Source of the DNA: an uncultured bacterium
GTDB taxonomy: Bacteria > Auribacterota > Erginobacteria > Erginobacterales > Erginobacteraceae
Length of the DNA: 64,000 nucleotides
Direction of reading: 5' to 3'
NCBI GenBank assembly: GCA_964587835.1
Contig: CAZPMN010000004.1
Span: forward strand, 14,351-78,350
Shown here: positions 18,075 through 26,983 of the stretch, piece after piece
Layout: each line of letters opens with the position of its first letter
Numbering within the stretch: position 1 is the first letter of the stretch
The notes under the pieces: generated by a model
Seen by the model: the letters and a program-made list of their open reading frames with translations, nothing else
What the model was told of the DNA's origin: nothing
The model's database searches: none
Position numbers and translations under genes: made by a program

Positions 18075-19202
18075 ATGTTCATCCGAACTCTGATGCTGAT
18101 TGCCTTCCTGACCGGTTTGGTCTGCCGGATTTCGCTTTCGGCTCCATCCCCCGGGGAAAAATGGGCTCAGCTGATTGAGCAGGCCTCGGCGCGGGGGGAA
18201 TACGGACTCGCCCTTGATTACCTCAGCCGGCTGGAGAGTTGCGAGCCGTCCAACCCCTCGCTGCGGCCGGCCCGGATCGAACTGCTCCAGTCCCTGGGCG
18301 CCCGGTACTATCAAGACCGGGATTTCCTCCGGGCCCGGGAGACCTATCTCCAGGCCCTGGACCTGGATCCGAGAAATTTCGGAGTCCTGAAGATGCTGGG
18401 AGAGATCGCCTACTACTCTCAGGAGCTGGAGGAGGCCGCCGATTACTGGAGCGAGGCCTTGAATCTTCAATCCGGTGATCGGGAACTGAGTCGGCTCCTG
18501 AAACAGCTGCGGCGGGAAGCGGCGGTGGAATCGGGTCTGGATGCCTCAGTGCTGGCCAACTTCGATATCCGCTATACCTCCAGTTCTAACTCCTATCACA
18601 TCAAGGAGATCGAAGACTGGCTGATGGAGGCCTACCGGGAGATCGGCTACGACTTCAAATACTACCCCGGCCGCCCGGTCGTGGTCCTCCTCTACACCCC
18701 GGAGGAGTTCTCCCGCGTCCGGTCCACCCCCTCCTGGGTCGGTGCCCTTTATGACGGCAAGGTTCGGCTGCCGGTCAGCGGAGACCACCTCTCTCCCCGC
18801 GACATCAAGAAGATACTCTGGCACGAATATACCCACGCCGTGATCAATGATATCACCGCCAACAACTGTCCGCGCTGGCTTCATGAGGGTCTGGCCCAGT
18901 ACCAGGAGTTCAAGGTAGATCCGGCGGGCGTGCCCGAACTGGACCGACGCCCCGATCGGTTGATTCCGCTCGATCAACTGGACCGGGCCTTCGGCTTCGA
19001 TCAGGACCCGGGCCGGGTCAGCCGCGCTTACCAACAGGCCTACTCCCTGGTTGATTACCTGCTCGGCCGCTACGGATTCTGGCGGCTCAACACCATCTTC
19101 GAGGAACTCCGGCGGGGGACTCCCTGGCGGGCGGCTTTTGAGCAGGAGCTGCTCCTACCGGTGGCCGATCTGGAAAGGGAATGGCTCGAGGAGATCCGGT
19201 GA
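18075..19202 (+). CDS. Secreted TPR-containing protein with a C-terminal HExxH putative zinc-metallopeptidase-like domain
   Basis: Signal peptide MFIRTLMLIAFLTGLVCRISLSA; TPR-like helices; WHEYTHAVINDI (HExxH) followed by a conserved E (WLHEGLAQY). Confidence 0.55.
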   Translation: MFIRTLMLIAFLTGLVCRISLSAPSPGEKWAQLIEQASARGEYGLALDYLSRLESCEPSNPSLRPARIELLQSLGARYYQDRDFLRARETYLQALDLDPRNFGVLKMLGEIAYYSQELEEAADYWSEALNLQSGDRELSRLLKQLRREAAVESGLDASVLANFDIRYTSSSNSYHIKEIEDWLMEAYREIGYDFKYYPGRPVVVLLYTPEEFSRVRSTPSWVGALYDGKVRLPVSGDHLSPRDIKKILWHEYTHAVINDITANNCPRWLHEGLAQYQEFKVDPAGVPELDRRPDRLIPLDQLDRAFGFDQDPGRVSRAYQQAYSLVDYLLGRYGFWRLNTIFEELRRGTPWRAAFEQELLLPVADLEREWLEEIR

Positions 19203-20077
19203 AGACCGTCGTAATCATCAACCCCACCGCCAGCCGGCTTCCCCCGGTTAAGAAGTTGCGCCGGCTGGAAAGAGAGCTGGCCCGGAGGAAGTTCCCGGTT
19301 ACGGTTTTCCGGACCGGCGGACCGCTGGAAGCGGTGGAACTGACCCGGAAGGCGGTGGAGGAGGGGAGTGAACTGGTGATCTCGATCGGGGGGGACGGCA
19401 CGCTGAACGAGGTGATCAATGGGATGGTTGGAACTTCCGCCCGGCTGGGGATTATCCCGGCGGGTTTAAGCAACGTTCTGGCTCGGGAATTGGAGATCCC
19501 CGACGACTTCGACCGGGCCCTGGCCGCTCTCCTCTACGGTCGAACCCGCCGGATCGATCTCGGCCTGATCAACGGCCGTTACTTTTCGATCATGGTCAGT
19601 GTCGGGCTGGACGCGGAAGCCGTCCGGATCGTCAACCCGACCGCCAAGCGCTTTCTCCGGCGCTATGCCTATCATTTGGCCGGTTTCCAGGCGCTGGCCT
19701 TCTTTCGCCCGCCGGCGTTCACCATCCTGGTGGACGGGGAAAAAAAACTTTCCGGCCGGGCCGCGGTAATCTCCAATTCCCGTTATTACGGCGGCCCCCA
19801 TCAGATTACCCCCGCCGCTCGGGCCGATGACGGGTTGCTTCATTGCTGTGTCTTCAAGCAGGGTAAACGCCGGGATTACGCCCGCTATTTCTGGGGGGTA
19901 CTGCGGAAGTCCCACCACCGTTTCGCCGACGTGCTCTTCACCACGGGGCGAACCGTGGAGATCAATACCCCGGGGCTGCCCATTCAAGCCGATGGTGATT
20001 ACGTGGGTCGGACCCCGGCCCGGATCCGGATTTTGCCCGGCCGGCTGGCGGTAGTGGTTCCGGGAAAAAACGAATAA
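19199..20077 (+). CDS. Diacylglycerol kinase catalytic domain family lipid kinase (YegS/DagK-like)
   Basis: VIINPTAS...VISIGGDGTLNEVINGM is the DAGK_cat GGDGT motif. GTG 19199 overlaps the TGA of the upstream gene (GTGA), with GAGGAG 6 nt upstream. The track ATG at 19181 would overlap by 22 nt. Confidence 0.75.
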   Translation: MKTVVIINPTASRLPPVKKLRRLERELARRKFPVTVFRTGGPLEAVELTRKAVEEGSELVISIGGDGTLNEVINGMVGTSARLGIIPAGLSNVLARELEIPDDFDRALAALLYGRTRRIDLGLINGRYFSIMVSVGLDAEAVRIVNPTAKRFLRRYAYHLAGFQALAFFRPPAFTILVDGEKKLSGRAAVISNSRYYGGPHQITPAARADDGLLHCCVFKQGKRRDYARYFWGVLRKSHHRFADVLFTTGRTVEINTPGLPIQADGDYVGRTPARIRILPGRLAVVVPGKNE

Positions 20078-20111
20078 AATTGTCCCGTCCCCGTCTAACC
20101 GGTAAAGGGTG

Positions 20112-20696
20112 ATGGAATATCCCGAAGACCTGGAACTGGTCCGTCGCTGTCAGAATGGGGATGTAGATTCGTTCCGGGGGCTGGTCGAGAAATACCAGGA
20201 GCGGCTCTATCTCCTGGTCTACGGAATAGTCCTCAACCGGGAAGAGGCCCGGGATTTAGTCCAGGAAGCATTCCTGAAAGCTTATCGATCCCTGGGAAAT
20301 TTCCGTGGGGAGTCGGGGTTTTACACCTGGCTCTACCGGATAGCCTTCAACTTGGCCCTGGACGAGAAGAGGAAGCGGGCCGGCCGGGAAACGATGGAGT
20401 ACGACGACTCCCGTAAAATCGACCCGGCTGCCGCCCCGGCCGGAATGCCTCCCCGCCCGGACCGCGCTCTCCTGGGCCGAGAGCTGCAGGAGGCGTTGCA
20501 CCGCGGCCTGAAGGAGCTTTCTCCGGTGCAGCGGGCAGCTATTGTTTTTCGGGAGTGGGAGGGGATGAGTTACGAGGAGATATCCCGCCAGATGCGCTGT
20601 TCCCGGGGCACGGTGATGTCCCGCCTGCATTACGCCCGGGAGAAGCTGCGGGAGGGCCTGCGTCCTTACCTGAGAGGCGCGGAATCAGGGGAATGA
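20112..20696 (+). CDS. ECF-type RNA polymerase sigma factor
   Basis: Region 2 (RLYLLVYGIVLNREEARDLVQEAFLKAYRSLGNFRGESGFYTWLYRIAFNLALD) and region 4 (LSPVQRAAIVFREWEGMSYEEISRQMRCSRGTVMSRLHYAREKLRE). Confidence 0.85.
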   Translation: MEYPEDLELVRRCQNGDVDSFRGLVEKYQERLYLLVYGIVLNREEARDLVQEAFLKAYRSLGNFRGESGFYTWLYRIAFNLALDEKRKRAGRETMEYDDSRKIDPAAAPAGMPPRPDRALLGRELQEALHRGLKELSPVQRAAIVFREWEGMSYEEISRQMRCSRGTVMSRLHYAREKLREGLRPYLRGAESGE

Positions 20697-21184
20697 CGAG
20701 AATGAGCAGACCGAACCCGATTTGTCGGAAGATGGAGAAACTTCTCGGCGCCTATTGCGACGAGGAGCTCTCTCCGTCCGCGGCCGGGAAGTGCGAGCGG
20801 CACTTGCGTTCTTGTTCCCGCTGCCGGCAGCTGGTCCGGGATTACCGGATGCTGAGTCATGACCTGGACCGGTTCGGCCGGCAGGTGGGGGAGGGGGGAG
20901 ATTGCTCGCTCTGGCCGGCGATCCGGGCCGGTCTCCTGGAAGAGAGGGATGCTCAAAGATCCCCCGGATCAGGAAAGGTATTCGCCCGGATCCTCCGTCC
21001 GACCTGGGTCGGTTTGGCCCTGAGCGCGGCGGCCGGCCTGATCCTGTTCTTCTCCGGGGTCTTCAGCACCGAGAGGCTTCCGGCCAATTACTGCCGAATT
21101 GAATCGATCTCCACCCCCGAACACAACTTGTTGATCCACCGCGGCCAGAGCGACGGGCTGACCATCATCTGGCTGACCGAGTGA
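20693..21184 (+). CDS. Anti-sigma factor (zinc-finger HC2-type, single TM)
   Basis: ATG overlaps the sigma stop (ATGA). CRKME...HLRSCSRCRQL Cys/His cluster; TM segment WVGLALSAAAGLILFFSGVF. Confidence 0.7.
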   Translation: MTRMSRPNPICRKMEKLLGAYCDEELSPSAAGKCERHLRSCSRCRQLVRDYRMLSHDLDRFGRQVGEGGDCSLWPAIRAGLLEERDAQRSPGSGKVFARILRPTWVGLALSAAAGLILFFSGVFSTERLPANYCRIESISTPEHNLLIHRGQSDGLTIIWLTE

Positions 21185-21192
21185 GGAAAATC

Positions 21193-21636
21193 ATGAAATC
21201 GACTTCCGGCTTGATCCTCTTGCTTCTGGCGGCATTGCTCACCCCGGTCCCGAGTTCGGGTGAGACAATGGAGGTAACCATCGATGTCCTCGAGCCGACC
21301 GACCGGCCCGGCGAACTTCCCCCGGGGCTGAGATACCTGGAGGAGACGATGAGCCGATCGCCGCTGAAATACCAGAACTATCTCAACCTGGCCACGGCCT
21401 TCCGGCAGATCCCTTTGGGCTGGGAAGAAACGATCCGGTTCCATCTCCGGCAGGATCTGAAATTAGTAATTATTCCTAATAAGCTGGAAGCCAGCCTGGT
21501 CCGGTTCCACCTCCGGCTTTGGTCCGATGGCCGGTTAATCCTCGACTCCGAATTGTCCCTGGCCCGGCGGGGGACGGTGATGATCGGCGCTCCCGGAACC
21601 CCCAACCTGATCATAGCCGTCTCTGAAGGGTTTTGA
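21193..21636 (+). CDS. Hypothetical secreted protein, third gene of the ECF sigma cassette
   Basis: Signal peptide MKSTSGLILLLLAALLTPVPSSG; GAGGA RBS 5 nt upstream of ATG 21193. Confidence 0.5.
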   Translation: MKSTSGLILLLLAALLTPVPSSGETMEVTIDVLEPTDRPGELPPGLRYLEETMSRSPLKYQNYLNLATAFRQIPLGWEETIRFHLRQDLKLVIIPNKLEASLVRFHLRLWSDGRLILDSELSLARRGTVMIGAPGTPNLIIAVSEGF

Positions 21637-21953
21637 TCATCATAACTGGAAATATCTCCCATCCGGACCGAAAGATCCGCACATCTTATCCCCAGGTTAT
21701 CCACACGGGCATAATTCCAGGTCATATTGCCCTCTGCCGCAAACAGTAACGCCACTGGACCCCTTATCTGCCCCGTATGCCTAAGTTTACATAAGGAACC
21801 TTATCATAACCAGTGTCAGATTAGGAAATATGGAAAATTCCGGGCTTCTGGGTTTGCTGGAAACTGCGGGCGTTCAGACTGGATTGAGACTGGGGGTACT
21901 TGCCGGCGGTGGCCAGGCTGAAGACGTATTGCGGGGAGCAAAAAATAGGTTGC

Positions 21954-22036
21954 GCGTCATTGCGAGGAGCGCAGCGACGAAGCAATCTCAACTTGCTGAC
22001 CAGGAAGAGATTGCTTCGCTGCGCTCGCAATGACGT
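21954..22036. repeat. Head-to-head pair of the GAGATTGCTTCG...CGCAATGAC palindromic repeat element forming an ~83-nt imperfect hairpin between convergent genes; likely terminator of the minus-strand kinase/HTH operon
   Basis: gcgtcattgcgaggagcgcagcgacgaagcaatctc - 17 nt - gagattgcttcgctgcgctcgcaatgacgtc. An A-run precedes it on the plus strand, which is a U-run after the hairpin on the minus transcript. Confidence 0.6.
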
Positions 22037-22068
22037 CGTTCGGAAATACAAACAATATGCTGGCCTGA

Positions 22069-22287
22069 TTAATAACTCTTAGCATTCCTCCGGTCCAGCC
22101 ACTCCTGGATCAGGATGGCCTTCCCCGGTTTGGGGAGTGCGCGCCGCCGGAGCCAGCGGTAGACCGTGTCCCGGGAGACTCCCGCCGCCCGCGCCAGGCC
22201 GGCCATATTGGCGTCAAAACCGCGGTGTCGTTCCCAGTAGGCGATCAGCCGCTCGGTGATTGAGAGGGATTGAGAGGAATCGTCCAT
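22069..22287 (-). CDS. Small helix-turn-helix DNA-binding protein, translationally coupled to the upstream sensor kinase
   Basis: LARAAGVSRDTVYRWLRRRALP is an HTH-like segment. Its start overlaps the stop of the kinase gene. Confidence 0.55.
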   Translation of the reverse strand: MDDSSQSLSITERLIAYWERHRGFDANMAGLARAAGVSRDTVYRWLRRRALPKPGKAILIQEWLDRRNAKSY

Positions 22288-24314
22288 TATGATCGGCTGG
22301 TTTCCGGGGCCGTGGGAAGGGTGAAGGTTATGGTCGTCCCCTGCCCCGGACGGCTAAAGACCGTGATCGTCCCCCCGTGTTCCTCCACGATCTTCCTGGC
22401 CAGGGTCAGTCCCAGGCCCATACCGCTCCGATGGCCTCCTTCGGGTGGCTCTCCCTGCCAGAATTTATCGAAGATTTTCGCCTGGGCCTCGCTGGGGATT
22501 CCCGGCCCCCGGTCGATTACCTGGAATTCAACCAGTGACCGGTTCCGGCCCCGCCGGGCCCGCAGACGGATAATTCCCCCCTCGGGACTGAACTTGACCG
22601 CGTTATCGAGCAGGCTGACTAAAACCTGGGTGGCACTGTCCTCGTCGGCGCGGATCAAGGGCAGGTCCTCGGGAACGTCCACCTCGATCCGGATCTTTCT
22701 CTCCCCGGCTGCGGACTCCATCAACCGGGCGCCTTGACGGAGGAGATTGGGAACCGACACTTCGGAGAGTTTGAGTTCTCTCTCCTGGTGCTGGGCGGCG
22801 AAGAAGAGCATCTTTTCGATCAGAGCGGTCAACCGCTCCAGGCTCTTGACCGAAACTTCCAGCCCCTCCCGCTGCAGGTCGGAGAGTTTGCCCAGTTTCT
22901 CCTCCAGCATTAGATGGAGATATCCGGTCATCGAGACCAAGGGCGTTCTCAGCTCCTTGCTGATGGAGGTAATGAATTCCGCTTTCAGGTTATCGAGTCC
23001 CTTTAACTTCTGATGGGCGTCCCGCAGACTGGCCAGACTCTCCCTCAGGTCGGAGAGGAGGTAGATCCCCTCGACCGCCCGGGCCAGTTCGTCGGCCAGG
23101 CTCTGGCAGATGAACTGGACCTCCCGATCCCGGCTGGAACGGTCCCGGAAACCGGCATAGAGCACGCCCAGAGCTCGGCCCTTGACCAGGAGTGGCATTG
23201 CTATCGACGAAGAGATGTCCCGTTCTTTCAGATAGAGGCTGAACCCGTCGCGGGCCGCGATTAAATTAGAGGGGACTTCCCGGAAAGCCGCTTCCTTGCG
23301 TGTCACCACCTCGGCCACCGGTGTCTCCGGCAGGGTGAAGAGGGTGCCCCGGGCTTCCTCGGGGGCGGGTTCGGGGATGAGGCGATGATAGACGAACTGA
23401 TCCCGGGGGTGGTCCTTCCCGCCCCGGCCCACCAGGGCGATCCCCAGTTCGTACCAGGGCCAGAGCGGGGCGTGGAGGAGCTCCTTTCGCGTCTCCCGGA
23501 TGGCCTGGTCGAGGTTACGGATTGCGTTAAGGTTGTGGGAGACCCGGCCCAGGAAGGCGAGGGTCAGGATCTTCCGGTGGAGGTTGTCCCTCATCCGTTC
23601 AATGCTTCCGGCGAGCCGCCCCACCTCGTCCTTCCCGGTAACGTTTAGAGGCCGGTCGAGAATCCCCTCCCCCATCTCCCGGGTCTTCTCCGTCAGTCGC
23701 GTCAGCGGGCGGGTGACGGAGTGGATCAGGGCCCAGGTCAGGAGCAGGAAGATCACTGTAATCGTTGCGGTGAAGTAAATCTGGAGGCGGATCAGCCGAT
23801 TCTCGATAAGCGCGATACCCTCCCGGGAGATCCCCAGATAGATCCGGCCGATTTTTCCCACCGGGTCGTCCAGCACGATATCCTGTTCCTGGTGATGGAC
23901 CCTCTCGGGTGGATAGGGTGGCTGGCCGTCGAACATTCTCTGCAATTGTCCGGAGGTGAGGCCGGTCTGGGTCACCTCGTCCCGGGGGCCGACGATGGCG
24001 GCGTAGCGGACATTATCCTGTCCGGCGGCGAAGTTGACGTACTGTTCCAGGAGCCGGTTGTCAACGTCGAAGAACCCCTGGTAAGCCGCGCTGATCGCCA
24101 CAATCTGGCCCATCGTTTGGGCCATCTCTCCGGCACCCGCGCTCAGGGCTCCACGCAGGTGGCGGATGGAGATCCAGGTGGTGATGATCGAGACGCAGAG
24201 GATCACGCTGAGCACCAGCAGGCCCAGTCGGGCGCCGAGATTGAGCTTGATCCGGTCGGTTTCCGACCGGACCGGGAAAAGCAGAGCGGGGGTCGATTTG
24301 CCTGAGGTTGCCAT
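22287..24314 (-). CDS. Sensor histidine kinase (TM, HAMP, GAF, HisKA, HATPase_c)
   Basis: HAMP (LTRLTEKTREMGEGILDRPLNVTGKDEVGRLAGSIERMRDNL); H-box (AEFITSISKELRTPLVSMTGYLHLM); ATPase N/G boxes (LLDNAVKFS, VIDRGPGIP, GMGLGLTLARKIVEEHGG). Confidence 0.85.
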   Translation of the reverse strand: MATSGKSTPALLFPVRSETDRIKLNLGARLGLLVLSVILCVSIITTWISIRHLRGALSAGAGEMAQTMGQIVAISAAYQGFFDVDNRLLEQYVNFAAGQDNVRYAAIVGPRDEVTQTGLTSGQLQRMFDGQPPYPPERVHHQEQDIVLDDPVGKIGRIYLGISREGIALIENRLIRLQIYFTATITVIFLLLTWALIHSVTRPLTRLTEKTREMGEGILDRPLNVTGKDEVGRLAGSIERMRDNLHRKILTLAFLGRVSHNLNAIRNLDQAIRETRKELLHAPLWPWYELGIALVGRGGKDHPRDQFVYHRLIPEPAPEEARGTLFTLPETPVAEVVTRKEAAFREVPSNLIAARDGFSLYLKERDISSSIAMPLLVKGRALGVLYAGFRDRSSRDREVQFICQSLADELARAVEGIYLLSDLRESLASLRDAHQKLKGLDNLKAEFITSISKELRTPLVSMTGYLHLMLEEKLGKLSDLQREGLEVSVKSLERLTALIEKMLFFAAQHQERELKLSEVSVPNLLRQGARLMESAAGERKIRIEVDVPEDLPLIRADEDSATQVLVSLLDNAVKFSPEGGIIRLRARRGRNRSLVEFQVIDRGPGIPSEAQAKIFDKFWQGEPPEGGHRSGMGLGLTLARKIVEEHGGTITVFSRPGQGTTITFTLPTAPETSRS

Positions 24315-24317
24315 AAC

Positions 24318-25388
24318 CTATCTGACCGGACCCCAGCGGCGGGGAGGCCAATACTTGAAAAAAACATTGCCCTGCAGGAACTTTTCCGGGACGAATCCCC
24401 AGTAACGGCTGTCCCGGCTGTTGGTGCTGTTATCTCCCAGCACGTAATAGTAGTCCTGCTCCAGGGTATAACTGGTTCGGGGGCGGCCGTCGATATAGAC
24501 GACCCCGTCCCGAATCTCCAGTTCCTTTCCGTCGTGGAGAACCAGGTTTTCCCAGGCCCTGCGGTTCCTGGGGTCGAGGGAGATCTCCATTCCCCGGGCC
24601 GGGACGGTGAACCTCTGTCCGGTCATCCCCCAGAGCGGCCCCCCCTCCGGTGAAAAGTCGACGTTGCGATAATAAACCTTCTCCATCTCCGGGGTGGAGA
24701 CCACTTGTCCGTCGGCCCAGATCTTTCCCGCGCGGATCTCGATCGTCTCCCCCGGCAGCCCCACCAGCCGCTTGACGTAGTCGATGGCTACGTCTTCCGG
24801 GTAATGAAAGACCACGATATCCCCCCTCCGGGGTTGGTGCAGTGCGGGCAGCTGAAGGTAAGGGAGCAGGATCGAGGTGAAGGGGATCCGGTCGGGTGTT
24901 TTGGCCCCGTAGATGAATTTATTGACCAGGATCTTGTCTCCAATATGTTCCAGTTTCAGCCGGCTTCCGTCGTAAGGGCAGGTCTTCTGGTCGTATCTTC
25001 CCTCCCGGCCGCAGGAAGGACAGACTTTCTTTACCCCGAGCAGGGTCGGGGTCATCGAACCGGTGGGAATCTTGAAGGGTTCAACGACGGCGGTCCGGAT
25101 CAGGAAGACCATTACCAGGGCGAAGATAATCGACTCGGCCCACTCCCGGAAAACTCCCTTCCGCAGCCGGGCCAGATCCCCCTGCAGGATTTCGGAGAGT
25201 TTCTTCAGGCGGGCTCGTCTTTGCCGGATATCCCCCTTCCGGCGGACCTCTCTCAGGCTGACCTCGGCCTTGCGCAGTTTTTCAGCGGCCTCGGCGGAGA
25301 GCTTTTTCTTCCTATGCCGCCTGATCCAGCGGGCGGCTTTTAGGGCCTTGCGGATTTCCCGGTTCAGTTTTCTCTCTTCTCGGCTCAT
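24318..25388 (-). CDS. lepB: Signal peptidase I (S26) with an ~80-aa basic N-terminal extension and an internal CxxC...CxxG zinc-ribbon-like insertion
   Basis: IPTGSMTPTLL (catalytic Ser), VKRLVGLPGETIEI (Lys), YVLGDNSTNSRDSRYWGFV. Insertion CPSCGREGRYDQKTCPYDGSRL. Confidence 0.8.
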   Translation of the reverse strand: MSREERKLNREIRKALKAARWIRRHRKKKLSAEAAEKLRKAEVSLREVRRKGDIRQRRARLKKLSEILQGDLARLRKGVFREWAESIIFALVMVFLIRTAVVEPFKIPTGSMTPTLLGVKKVCPSCGREGRYDQKTCPYDGSRLKLEHIGDKILVNKFIYGAKTPDRIPFTSILLPYLQLPALHQPRRGDIVVFHYPEDVAIDYVKRLVGLPGETIEIRAGKIWADGQVVSTPEMEKVYYRNVDFSPEGGPLWGMTGQRFTVPARGMEISLDPRNRRAWENLVLHDGKELEIRDGVVYIDGRPRTSYTLEQDYYYVLGDNSTNSRDSRYWGFVPEKFLQGNVFFKYWPPRRWGPVR

Positions 25389-25816
25389 CGATTTCCCGCT
25401 TCCGAATCCAGGTAATTCTGCAGGATCAGCTGGGCGGCCAGCCGGTCGGATTCCACCTTCCGCCGTGCCCGGCTCAGGTCACCCTCCAGCATCGCCTGCT
25501 CGGCGATTTTCGAAGTCAGGCGTTCATCCCGGAAGATTACCGGCAGCTCCAGGACAGCCTCCAGGCGCCTGCCCAGCCTTCGAGCCCGGCGGGTCCCCTC
25601 CCCTTCCGATCCGTCCATCCGCAGGGGAAGGCCGATCACTATCCGGGTCACCTCCAACTGCCGGGCCGTCTCGGCGATTTGGCGGATCGCTTCTCCGGTT
25701 GAATGTACCTCGATCGTCTTCAGGCCCTGGGCGGTAATCCCCAGCGGGTCGCTGACCGCCAGTCCGATCCGCTTTTCCCCGGTATCAATACCGAGTATTC
25801 TCGTTATTCCGTTCAA
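25385..25816 (-). CDS. ruvX: YqgF/RuvX-like Holliday junction resolvase / pre-16S rRNA nuclease
   Basis: ILGIDTGEKRIGLAVSDPLGITAQGL N-terminal signature; about 140 aa. Confidence 0.8.
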   Translation of the reverse strand: MNGITRILGIDTGEKRIGLAVSDPLGITAQGLKTIEVHSTGEAIRQIAETARQLEVTRIVIGLPLRMDGSEGEGTRRARRLGRRLEAVLELPVIFRDERLTSKIAEQAMLEGDLSRARRKVESDRLAAQLILQNYLDSEAGNR

Positions 25817-25826
25817 GGCCAGTAAC

Positions 25827-26900
25827 TTAGAGATATTTTCTTTGTCGGGGATTCCGGCGGATCCGCTCCACCAGTTTCTTTACATCTTGGGCCTGCTGCC
25901 GGGGACAGACCAGGACCGCGTCGTCGGTCGCTACCACCACCAGATCGGAGACCCCGACCAGTCCGATCAGGGGCCCCGTGCTGACCCCGAGGCAGTTGAA
26001 ACTTTCGTGAACGCTCAGCTCCCCCCTTCCCCGGTTTCCGTGACCGTCCGGAGAGAGATACTTGGTCAGGGCGGCCCAGGAACCTACATCGTCCCAGGCA
26101 AAGTCGGCGGCGGTGACCAGGACCTCCCGGTGCTTCTCCATAATTCCGTAATCGATGGAGACCGCGGGAAGTCCGGGGTAGACCCGGCGCAGGAAAGCCT
26201 CCCTTTGTCCGGCCGGGAGATTCCGAAGGGGTCTTAGTTTCCGGGCGACCTGGGGGAGGTGTTCCTCCAGGGCCCGGTCGATGGCCGGGAAGGACCAGAC
26301 AAAGATTCCGCTGTTCCAGGTATAGAGCGGGCTCTGGATCAGTCGGCCGGCCCGGCGCGCGTCCGGCTTCTCGATGAAACGATCCACCCGGTGGAATTCA
26401 CTTCCGCTGAAGCTGCCGACCTTCTTTCCCCGTCTGATGTATCCGTAACCGGTGGCGGGAAAGGTCGGAGTGATGCCGATGGTGACCAGGGCACCGGTTT
26501 CGTCCGCGGCGGCCGCCGCCGCCCGAAGCAGTTTCTGGAATTCCCGCTTCGGGGAGATGACGTGGTCGGCGGGCAGAATGACCATCACCGCCTCCGGATC
26601 CTCCCGGGCGATGGCGTAAGCGGCGAGGGCGACGCAGGGGGCGGTATTTTTCCCCATCGGTTCCTTTAAGATGTGGTTTTTCGGGATCTGGGGCAGCAGG
26701 CCGCGGATGGCTCCAGCCTGGTCGGAGGTGGTGACTACCCAGGTCCGTGACTCGTCGACCAGCGGCCGGAGACGGGCTGCGGTCTGTTCGATCATCGACT
26801 TGCGCCCGACGATCTGCAAAAGTTGCTTGGGGGTCGCCTGCCGGCTGAGCGGCCAGAACCGCTCTCCGCTACCCCCGGCCATGATAACTCCGTGAATCAT
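25827..26900 (-). CDS. manC: Mannose-1-phosphate guanylyltransferase (sugar nucleotidyltransferase domain)
   Basis: MIHGVIMAGGSGERFWPLSRQATPKQLL... nucleotidyltransferase G-loop. Internal ATG chosen (the track ORF 25827..26987 has a non-conserved N-terminal extension). Confidence 0.8.
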   Translation of the reverse strand: MIHGVIMAGGSGERFWPLSRQATPKQLLQIVGRKSMIEQTAARLRPLVDESRTWVVTTSDQAGAIRGLLPQIPKNHILKEPMGKNTAPCVALAAYAIAREDPEAVMVILPADHVISPKREFQKLLRAAAAAADETGALVTIGITPTFPATGYGYIRRGKKVGSFSGSEFHRVDRFIEKPDARRAGRLIQSPLYTWNSGIFVWSFPAIDRALEEHLPQVARKLRPLRNLPAGQREAFLRRVYPGLPAVSIDYGIMEKHREVLVTAADFAWDDVGSWAALTKYLSPDGHGNRGRGELSVHESFNCLGVSTGPLIGLVGVSDLVVVATDDAVLVCPRQQAQDVKKLVERIRRNPRQRKYL

Positions 26901-26983
26901 AACTGGTCTTCCCCGGTTCGGTTGAAAAGGGCTGACCTTATCGGAAATTGCGGGAGGGCGCCAGTAAATCTTTTCCTGGTCTC

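Noticed and set aside
21637-22068. Possible tRNA/tmRNA in the low-GC spacer
   Set aside because: No cloverleaf-compatible arms or GTTCRANYC T-loop motif could be found by eye. Left as an unassigned region.
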